A stretch of 64,000 nucleotides of DNA, from the IMG/VR virus record IMGVR_UViG_3300028840_003851, one strand, 5' to 3'. Position 1 is the first letter of the stretch; the number at the start of each line of letters is the position of its first letter. Under the pieces are notes generated by a model. That model saw only the letters and a program-made list of their open reading frames with translations. It was not told the DNA's origin and did not search any database. A program made the position numbers and the translations under genes. Below, piece after piece: positions 1 to 9,400 of this stretch. Source of the DNA: a virus.

Positions 1-1527
1 CGCTAGCTTGTCTACATAAGGTCCGGATACATAGAAGTCGTTGGGACCACCAGAGCGTATCTCTATGGTGCTTGGGTCGTACACAGAGGACGTCTTCATC
101 TCTGCTTCGTCCTCTTCAGAGAGAAGCGCAGTAGCCCCTGCCTTAGCTAGAGGGAGCCACTTGAAGTGGGCTGGGACAAGCATCTTCCCGTCCTCTGTCC
201 CGACAACCGCCTGAATGTTAGGCTGCAGTGAGACGAGTATCTCCCTACCGGCGAATGTGGTTGCTGCGAACGTATCCGGCTCTCCCTGCTCTATGTCGGA
301 GAACGAGCCCTTAACCTCCATGGGTACCGTAGCTACCACCTCATCACCGACGTCAGAGAAGAAGGAACCGTACCCTGCCGGCTTGTCGGCCGTAGGAAGC
401 TCTGCCCCCTCGGCGGCTGGAACACCAGATATGCTCCCCTGCACTGCAGCTTGAGAGCCGTTGGTAAACAGAGCTAGAGGGACAGGCGTACCGTCCACAT
501 CAAGAAGGTGAGGGATTACGTAGCCTACTAGCTCGTCACCCTCTACAGTCTGAACCTTGTACAGCCCGAAGTCCGAGATGGGCGCCATACCTCCCATGTC
601 CTCGTCCCCCTGCTCCGCAACAGACTCGGCTCCATCAGCCATGGTAACGGCTCCAGACATGTCCGCCTCCATGGCCACCTTGGTGCCGTACCTCTCGATG
701 ATGTCCTTCCTGCCAACAATCTCCTCAACAGGGAGCCACGCTGCGTGTGTGGCCTCTTTTACCTTGTAGCCCCCCTCTACCCTAACAACCTGGACAACGC
801 TCGGTGAGAGGGAGCTAGCCATTACATCGGCCACCTTCTGCAGGGGAAGAGGGGTATGTCGGTAGAGCACGTTGAAGGGAGCGAACGCAGCCTCGGCATT
901 CCTTACGAATGCTGCTTGTACGTGCGGGTCGCTGGCCGCCTTCATGAACTCTTGATGGTCTGTGCTGTTAATGGTGGGAAGGATGGCCTCAAGGATAGAA
1001 GCTCTCTTCGCAGAGCCCTCCTTCGTGACAACCATGCCTCCTCCCAGATGGGCGCTGTCACGGTACGGTGGGTACAGCTGTGAGATGAGAGACTGGTCTC
1101 CAGGAGTGCTGGATGCTATGTCGAACATCTGGGGGCGGAAGATGGCTTGACGAAGTCTAGCCTCCGTAAGAGGCTGCATCTTGCTGTCCTCTGTCACTAT
1201 GAGGTCGAAGGGCAGAAGCCTACCCTCCCGGATGATGACAGGTATCCGCGCCTCCCTTACTCCCGCTGAGGCTTCCTCCTCCGGCGTAACTCCGTACTGC
1301 ATCTGGGTCTGATTAGACACGCGTACGTGGCCAAAGCCGTACCCGCGCTCCGCGTCCACCTTGTCCATCATGACGTGTGGCTCGAAGTCAGAGATGTACG
1401 GCACCTGCTTGTAGAGCTCTTGCAGAATCTCGTGGGGCCACTTGTTGGGGTCCTCAGGTAGGTCCACCTCTGCAGCTCGCTTCTCTAGAGGCTCGAAGGT
1501 CAGTGTGGGGTCTATGAATAGTTCCAT
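1..1527 (-). CDS. Hypothetical virion-associated protein (partial, >509 aa, runs off the window; absent from ORF track)
   Basis: ATG at 1527 after GGAG; I translated most of the frame without meeting a stop (MELFIDPTLTFEPLEKRAAEVDLPEDPNKWPHEILQELYKQVPY...PYVDKLA). Lies in the leftward structural operon and contains K-x-A motifs. Confidence 0.8.
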   Translation of the reverse strand, partial: MELFIDPTLTFEPLEKRAAEVDLPEDPNKWPHEILQELYKQVPYISDFEPHVMMDKVDAERGYGFGHVRVSNQTQMQYGVTPEEEASAGVREARIPVIIREGRLLPFDLIVTEDSKMQPLTEARLRQAIFRPQMFDIASSTPGDQSLISQLYPPYRDSAHLGGGMVVTKEGSAKRASILEAILPTINSTDHQEFMKAASDPHVQAAFVRNAEAAFAPFNVLYRHTPLPLQKVADVMASSLSPSVVQVVRVEGGYKVKEATHAAWLPVEEIVGRKDIIERYGTKVAMEADMSGAVTMADGAESVAEQGDEDMGGMAPISDFGLYKVQTVEGDELVGYVIPHLLDVDGTPVPLALFTNGSQAAVQGSISGVPAAEGAELPTADKPAGYGSFFSDVGDEVVATVPMEVKGSFSDIEQGEPDTFAATTFAGREILVSLQPNIQAVVGTEDGKMLVPAHFKWLPLAKAGATALLSEEDEAEMKTSSVYDPSTIEIRSGGPNDFYVSGPYVDKLA

Positions 1528-1537
1528 GTCGTTGCTC

Positions 1538-2194
1538 CTAGAAACCGAACAGGAAGCCGATGTTCGCTGCAGCTGTAGGGTCCTTCGTTAGCATTATGAT
1601 ACCCGTAACCGGGTCTCCTGGTGAAATAGAGTTGGGGGGCCCTGGGTCTGTGATTCCCGCCGAGAAGTCTGTTTGCACAGCGCTTCCAACGTTTGCCAGG
1701 GTGTCGCCAGAGAAGCTTATCAAGAACGCAGGCCCAGCACTTAGCCTAGCCGTAAGCTCCGAGGCCAGCCTCATGGCAGGAATCTTCACAGCTAGCGCCG
1801 CCTCGATGACCACCTGCAGCCCTCCTAGCTTCGCAGCTAGAGCACCCGCCAGCGCGGCGGACGCCCCAAGCTCAGCACCGATGCTCAGCGTGAGGGGAGG
1901 CAGTGCCAACGCGGCTTGCAGTGCTGCTTGAAGCTGGGCTACGGCGGCTATGGCCAGCTGCAGAGCAGCTAGAGGGTTCCCCACCTGCAAGCTTAAGGTT
2001 GCCTGCGCCGACAGGGAGGCATCAAACTGAATGGCGAGGTCTGCCTGAAAGGGGCCTATTCCGAGAGAGATGAGCGCGTCTATCTGCGCACCGAGAGGGT
2101 AGAGGAACCCTACAGCTGCAGCCAGCCCCGCATTCATGTCAATGAGGTTACCAGACACCTCCCCCTGTAAAGGAGGAGTCATAGGGAATGCCAT
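1538..2194 (-). CDS. Ala/Leu-rich hypothetical virion protein
   Basis: 218-aa ORF with SD GAGGAGG, directly downstream of the spike gene. Confidence 0.7.
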   Translation of the reverse strand: MAFPMTPPLQGEVSGNLIDMNAGLAAAVGFLYPLGAQIDALISLGIGPFQADLAIQFDASLSAQATLSLQVGNPLAALQLAIAAVAQLQAALQAALALPPLTLSIGAELGASAALAGALAAKLGGLQVVIEAALAVKIPAMRLASELTARLSAGPAFLISFSGDTLANVGSAVQTDFSAGITDPGPPNSISPGDPVTGIIMLTKDPTAAANIGFLFGF

Positions 2195-2209
2195 GCTCTA
2201 CCTCCTCCC

Positions 2210-3448
2210 TCAGACTTGGATTGTGGGGTTACCCGTCGACACTGAGGCGCTAAAGACCGCACCAGCAGAGATGATTCCCGGTGTTGTAGCGGGGGGAGCA
2301 CCAATGATGATGGGGATGGGTGCAACCGTGGTGAACAGCACCTGAGAGCCAACGGAGGCTACCGGCTTGGAGCCTCCGTTTATCTTCGTCACACCAGAGC
2401 TGATGTCCATTGCGTCACCGCCCTCAATACGCATGGTACCGCCAGCCTTGATGGTGATGTTCTTCTTGCTCTCTATGTAGATGTCGTCCTCTGCAACAAT
2501 CTTTATCTTCCCCTTAAATCCTAGGAAGACACTAGACCTAGAGCCTAGGTACACGCCACCAGCCTTGTCTATAAAGAAACGGAGCTTCGTGCTGTCTATT
2601 GCCGTGCTATTCGGCTCTCCTCCAGCAGCGTTGAACCCTTCGGGGGACACTGTGAGCTCGTACACCACTGGGTCGTCTGTACCTATCTCCAGCTCCTCTA
2701 GGTCCTCCTGCCACCCGTCACCAGGCTCCGCCATGGCGTCGAATGTTCCGGCACATACTCTGACGCTGGCCTCGCTCTGGTTAGCGAACAGCCTGAATGT
2801 ATGCTTGTAGCTGGTAGGCAGCGTGTCGTCCGGTGCTCCTTGGCGAACACCCCAGCTGATAGAGCCACCAGTGTTGTGATGCCTGTACGTCTGCGAGATG
2901 TCCTCAACCAGGTTCTGCAGCGGTATGTACAGCCTCTGCGCCAGCTCTGTGGAGCCTATCTGGAGAACTCCTCCTCTATGCAGAACAACGAAGTTGTTAT
3001 CCCTACCCCTCATCACGATGTCACCGGGCTTACTCCGAGACCTTCCTCCTGCAAACGTGTTTGAGCTCGTTTCGTCTGCTGCCTCATCACCCTCTGCAGG
3101 GACGTCTCGGTCCACCTGCTCTATCGGCATTATGAAGCACAGAACGAAAGGGGGAGGCCCATCACTAGGGATGCACACATAGCACTTAGCCCCTACCTCC
3201 GGGCATACGTACACTCCGTCTCCTCTATTAGAGTGGAGGTACGGTGAGGCCACCTGTATATCCATGAAGTGCAGCTGGTCGTACTTAGACACCACATCTA
3301 CAGTCCACGTCGCCATGTTAAGGCCAGTTACCACGCATTCTATTATGTGCGCTCCTACTCTGCCCTCTGGCTGTGTCCATGTTGTACGGAAGGTGGAGCG
3401 ATAAAGGGGGCTCTCGCTCTCATACGTTTTTACACCCTTGAGCGGCAT
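2210..3448 (-). CDS. Baseplate central spike protein (gpV/gp5/VgrG-like)
   Basis: N-terminal OB-fold-like segment (GDGVYVCPEVGAKCYVCIP) and C-terminal beta-helix-type repeats (GKIKIVAEDDIYIESKKNITIKAGGTMRIEGGDAMDISS). Confidence 0.65.
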   Translation of the reverse strand: MPLKGVKTYESESPLYRSTFRTTWTQPEGRVGAHIIECVVTGLNMATWTVDVVSKYDQLHFMDIQVASPYLHSNRGDGVYVCPEVGAKCYVCIPSDGPPPFVLCFIMPIEQVDRDVPAEGDEAADETSSNTFAGGRSRSKPGDIVMRGRDNNFVVLHRGGVLQIGSTELAQRLYIPLQNLVEDISQTYRHHNTGGSISWGVRQGAPDDTLPTSYKHTFRLFANQSEASVRVCAGTFDAMAEPGDGWQEDLEELEIGTDDPVVYELTVSPEGFNAAGGEPNSTAIDSTKLRFFIDKAGGVYLGSRSSVFLGFKGKIKIVAEDDIYIESKKNITIKAGGTMRIEGGDAMDISSGVTKINGGSKPVASVGSQVLFTTVAPIPIIIGAPPATTPGIISAGAVFSASVSTGNPTIQV

Positions 3449-6400
3449 TAGTACGCGTGCTCCGGTACGTCTAGAAGTCTAGTAAGACCTGGGGTTCTCT
3501 TGGCATGCTCCTTCGTCACACCAAACTCAGCTCCGTATGCGATGCCAGGAACAGGGTGTACACCGTGTATGTGCGACACAGCTCCTGTAGCCGCCGAGTC
3601 CATGATGGTGCTTCTAAGCCTCTCGTGCTGCAGCTTAGCCATCCAGTCCTGCTGAGCTTGGAGTGGGGCGAAGTCCACCCCCTTCAGTATAGGTGAATGC
3701 ACTGTCGGCTTCTTGCCCGCCTTCACGAGCTTCATGTTCTGCTCTCTTATCACAGACGCAGGCATTATCTCTCCCTTCAGAAGATACGGAGCATCCCCTG
3801 GGTCACGTATCTTCGTCGTGTTCGTCATCCCCTTAACTACCGTCTCCACGTGCTGCCTTCTTACTCCTTCCTCAGCGTAAATCTTGTGCAGCTCGTCTAC
3901 AAGGTGGTTCTGCACCTTCTCGAAGTTGTTGGTAGCCTTGTAGAGGTCCTTAGGATTGACCACTGTTCTTGAGGGGTCAGACAAGGATGTTCCGGCCTCT
4001 ATCTTGTCCCCAACCTTAGGCGGCCTCCAAGGAGAGTCATCGTCTACTGAGAACAAAGAGCGTCCCTTCTTATCCTTGCCCACATGGTGGGCTTTACCCC
4101 CGACCCACACCTTGGTACCGGTCTTGTCCCTCTGTATCTTCTCAACCCTGCCCGATGTCATGGCTAAGGTGGCTGAGTTCGCTATCTTGTCCGGCATAGA
4201 GGTCAGCTGCTGAACTCTCGCAAACTGGTCTGCAACCGACGCCTTGGGCGTCCACACCCCTCCACTGTGGAACGCCTTCATAGGGAGCTGCACTGAGCGC
4301 TCTCCGAGAGACTGTGCGGCGAGGATACCCACGTTGGTACCTACGGGGTACCGGTTACCATCTGCGCCCAGCCCTGCGCACTTCTGGCAGAGCCCTTGTC
4401 CGTGCGTACATTTAAGGGCGCTGCGAACTACAAGCTGGGCATTCTTGTCTGCTCTACGCATCTTTCCCAAGATGTCCGGTGTCAGCACCGTCCCAGCAGG
4501 GACCTCGAGACCTTTGGCCTTGAACGACCTTGCAAGGGTCCTGTCGTACGCCCCCTCGTCACCGACAGACATCGATACACCCCGGTCCGTCTTGCAGTCA
4601 TCGCCAGTTACAACAAGGTTCACGGTGTTCTGCACCAGCTTCTTGGAGAAGTAGCCTGGCTCCGACACCTCTTGAACCTTTCGTACAGAGCCCCTGCGTG
4701 CACCAGTGGCAGCCGTCCAATACCCTCCAAAGTCCATGCCCTCCGCGTAGGACTTGTCGACCGGTACCGGAACTGGCGAGCCAGTAGAGTCGACCATCAT
4801 CACAGGAGCTAAGGCCAGCTGCTTGTACTGGTCCCACCCCGGCTTGTTGCCTGACGATAGCATGGTTGCCAGATTGTTCTTTGGGAGCTTGGACCTGTGC
4901 TCCTTGTCCATCTCTGCACTAGCCTTAGCCCATACAAGGGGTATCTGGCGCTCCTTCTCCGCCTCGGACATCTTACTGGCGCGTATCAAGTCTACTCTCT
5001 TCTTTGCCATCCCTAGATGCTTGTCTCTGGTAGCTTTGTCCGGCTCTAGGTCCTCAAGCCCTAAGGAGTGTGCCCCCATCGGGATGTACATCTTGGTCTT
5101 GTCTGGTCGCTCCGCGTCCTCTATTGCCTGTCTACCCTTCTGTGCTGGGTTAGGAACAGACACAAGCCCGTTAGCAGCTTCAAACCCAAACTTCATCAGC
5201 TTGTGCGCCGAGTCTCCGAAGTCACCCTTGTGGTTCTTCGCTAGCTCCGAGTAGAGCTTAGTGATTCCCTTCTTGTCTAACGTGGGAAGAGACTCTATGG
5301 CCTTCTCCTGCATACCATCTGGAAGGGCAGACGCTACAAGCATCCTTCCTGGAGTGGTCTTCTTGCCTCCTACCGTCGCCAGCTCCGTCATACCCAGCTC
5401 CCCTCGTTGAGCAGCTTGCAGCGCCTCTGTCGGGCTCTTGTAGCTCTTACGACTGACCTTATCTACCTTGGTCATCTTGTAGAGACCCATAGCGCTGTCT
5501 AGACTAGGCTGGTACGTGACCTTTCCTGACGCCTCGGCGTACAGGTTCTTTGACGGGAGCATGCCCTTCGCCTCCTCAACAGCCTCCCTTCCTACGGGGA
5601 CGTAGGCGCTCATTGTATCCCCGTCAAAATCGGCATTGAAGCCGCCCGTCACCAACGGGTGAATCTTTATCGCCTTACCTCCTACAAGCTTTGTTTTGAA
5701 CGCCTGTACGGAGTGCTTGTGCAGCACGGGGTCTCTCTTCAGGATTACAGGACGTTCATCAGCGACAAGCTCTATCGCCCTGAGCACTGATGGGTTCTTA
5801 GTAGCCTTCTTATCGGCGAGCATAGACCTCGCCTCTAGTGGGTTTCTAGCTGCACCCGTCTCTACTAGCTTTCTGGCAACGAACGGTCGCATCAGCTTAA
5901 GCGCGTAGTCCTTAGGCATCCCCACCTCATCTACCCCGAGAGAGGGCTCAGGGACGATGACAGAGCGCATAGAGAGGTCTTGCCTTCGGTTCATTAGGGT
6001 CTTCTGGAAGAACCCCTCCTTAGGGGAGCTACCATGAATCTGCTGCAAGATTCCTTTGTACTTATCGTCCTCTCCAAATGTACCGACACCCATCACAGCC
6101 TTGACGCCATCATATAGACTCTTTCTAGCCTTTCGCTTGGCCGTGTTCTTGTCGAGAATCTCCTTCATAGAGTCCTTCTTGAGAGAGTCGTTACCCTGCG
6201 CTAGAAGCTGGTACAGCCCGTTAATGTCCTCCCACTTAATGGAGCCATCCTTCATTACAGATGCTGGACGCATCTGCGGCGGGATTACAGGAAGGTTCTC
6301 TAGAACATACGCCTCCGACGGTTTAGCGCCAATCTGCTTAAGTGCACGCAGGTACTTTATCTTTTTGACGGTAGAGTCCATCTCCTGCGTTGGCGCTCCG

Positions 6401-9400
6401 TGAGCCATGCCTTTAGGGACGGGCATCTCTTTAAGCTTCTTCTGCTGCGTCGCTAGCTCCTTGTTTACGTCTATCTTGTCTAGAAGGCGCTTTATCCCCG
6501 GTCCCCCCGTTAGAGCTCCAGGAGTGTCTAGAGCCACTATGTTTCCCTTCTCGTCTACCGCCTGGTCACCGCCAACAATACCTGTGTAATCCTTCTCTTT
6601 CAGGCCGGTTAGCTTCTGAATCGCAGTCTCGAAGACAGGGTTGGGTACGGGCTCTGCTAGCTTGATGTGGTTCCACCTCTTACCGCCGTGACCGCCTGTT
6701 ATCTTGGGGTCGAAGAGACCCCCTCTCTTAGGGACGGGCTCTCCGTTCTTATCTAGCTTTGTGTAGACAAGCTCAGCGGGCTTAGGAATTGCCCCGCTGG
6801 ACATGTCCTTTATCTGCTTATTCGTAAGCGGCAGAAGCTGTATGTTGTGGCCCTTCTTCTCTACATTGACGCCGGCCGCCTTCAACATCGATGTGAACTT
6901 GTTGAAGGAGAACGTTGGGCGGGGGGTAGGTAGAGGGGTTCCAGACTGTATCGCAGACCACACCTCTCTGTGCTGGCCTGCCCAGCCAAAGGGTCTGGGG
7001 TCGTCTCCCTCGCTCTTGATGGTCTGCATCTCCCTGATATTTGCCTTGGCCCCGTGCGCCAACAGGGAGTAGATGCCCAGTGGGCTCATGCGCTGCCCGC
7101 CAGTCTTCTTCCCACCTATAGGTAGAAGGTTGTTGTCGTAGCTCTCTGGCTCGTTGTCGCCTTTTAAGGGCATGCCTGAGCGTACCGCTGTCTTCTTGTC
7201 TATCTGATGGGTCAGCTTTAGCATGTGCTGGGGGCCCACGAGAACCTTCCCCAGACTCTGCTTGGTGACGGGGTCTATGAGCTCCTCCTTGTCCTCGATG
7301 CCATGCTCCTTGAGAGCCTTCTTGACCATCGCAAGGTTGTCGGCACCGGGTGCGAAGTTCTCCACAATGAATGGCTTGCCAGTCTTCTCTGCTACCTTCC
7401 CTGCGGCCGTCTCTAGTATCTGAGACGGGTTCATTCTGCCGGGAACTCCTGCGGGGTTGAGGGCTACATCGATGGGCTTACCATCCCTCGTATGTGGCAT
7501 CTCCTTATCTGGGAGGACACAGTTACCAGACCACACTGGGATGCCCAAACGACGCACGTAGATGATGTGGTTAGGAACGTCGACGCAGTAGACCCTCCCC
7601 TTGTACTCTTCCCAGCGCTCGTTACAGTACCTCTTATCGTTGTTCGTCCACACCTCGTCTTTCAAGGACCACCGAACGACAAGCTCTCCAGGCTTAGGCT
7701 CCTTAATGTTTGCAGAGAACCCTAGCTTCAAAGCTAGCTCCTGATAGTCATCAGCTAGCCTAGGGGAGGAGGTAAACAGCTCATAGCGAGTGTGGTTGTC
7801 CTTCGCTCTATAGTAAACACCACCGTCCCCCATAAACAGCGCATCAGCCAAAATCCTAAGCTGTCTCTGCGAGAGTACGAGGAGCTCACGAGGTATGAAC
7901 TTATCCTTAGCCTTACCGAACTGCTTTAGCCATGCGTGAAGCTGGGGGTCGGAGAAGGTAATCCTAGTAGCCTCTTTATAGGTACTGTACCCGAGTCGCT
8001 CAATCACGGAGCATATTCGCTCATATTCCTCTGGGTGTACGCTGCGAGTCTGCGCGATGTGTATGTGGGAGCTACCTCCAATACACCCCTCTGTAAGCCA
8101 AAGCCCGAAGAGCTCCAAAAACAGGTCTGTGTCGTACTTCCTAGGGGCAGAGAGCTTCTTGTGCCTCTTGGGGGCGTCTGGTCTACCAGGGATAGTAATC
8201 TCCTCGAGCTCCTCCCCCTCCCATACCCCAGTGCGAAGGTGTAACCGAGGCATCCCAAAACACTCCTTCGCAGGCTGTAGGGAATAGCTGCCCCTACGAG
8301 TACGAACGTAATGACGATGCTCTGGTGTCACCAGTAGGTTGAGTCTACGACCGCTATACGAGTACATCTTCCCGTCATGTTGCTGGTCAACGTACCCAGT
8401 AGGAGCTTGGTACTCAATCTTCCTGGTCGCCGGGTTGAGCGTACAAATCAGCTCCGTCCGGTCTAGGTCCTTGAAGAACCTCCAGCCCTTATCGGTTAAC
8501 ACCTCGGAATCATTAGAGAAACATGTTACAATCCCTTTGTTTCCATGACGCCCAGTCAGCTTATCCCCCGCTTTCATAGGCTCCACGGTCTTTACGTGGA
8601 CCGTTACCTCCTTGCCCTTCTTGTGTACCCCTACCACCTCCCCAGGGTGGTCAGACTCCCAGCGCAGAGAGATGTCTGTGTGCTGTCCGGACAGGCTCTT
8701 GCCTATGGAGCCCAGGTCCATCCTGTCCTTCATCTTGTACGGACGCATGGCTAGGACCAGAGGGTCTCCCGGCCTTACTGTCTGCCCTACCTTCACGACC
8801 CCCTTCTCGTCTAGCTTACCGTGCTGCTCCTTACCGAATGCCTCAGGGTGCTGGTTCCTGAACTTCTTGGGATCTGTGACAACCTGGTCCTCAAGGGCTA
8901 TAGGGAGCTTCTGCATGTGCACTGAGGACAGCTTCTTTGCCGCGCTCTCACTAACTACAACGCCATCCTCGAAGTTGTACCCCTTGTAGGGTAGATAGGC
9001 CGCTCTAAGATTTGTACCTAAGGCCAGCTTACCGTCTTTGGTAAAGTTCGTGTCCGCTACAGACTGCCTTCTCTTCACACTGTCCCCCACCTTTACCAGG
9101 GGGGTGGAGGTGATGACGGCTTTAGGGTCGTTCAACGGGAAGTTGTTGTACAGCTGTACCTCGTGCTTCTTCCCAGACTTATCCTTAACGACGATGGCGT
9201 CGCCCTTAACGCTTACTACCTCTCCGTCGACGGGAGACATGTGCCCTGACGCTTTACCTAGTAGCTCCTCGAACGTCTGTAACCCCTCCTTCTTAGAGCC
9301 CGTACCTACCTGTACTAAGGGGGCCTCTCTATGCTCTAAGGAGATAGACTGCTCTATGTGCTGCCCAGCGTATGTAGCTCTGTTCCCGGAGCAGCTGCCG

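Noticed and set aside
3446-3450. RNAP-spike fusion protein
   Set aside because: A real TAA stop with a TAATG overlap, and no slippery site seen.
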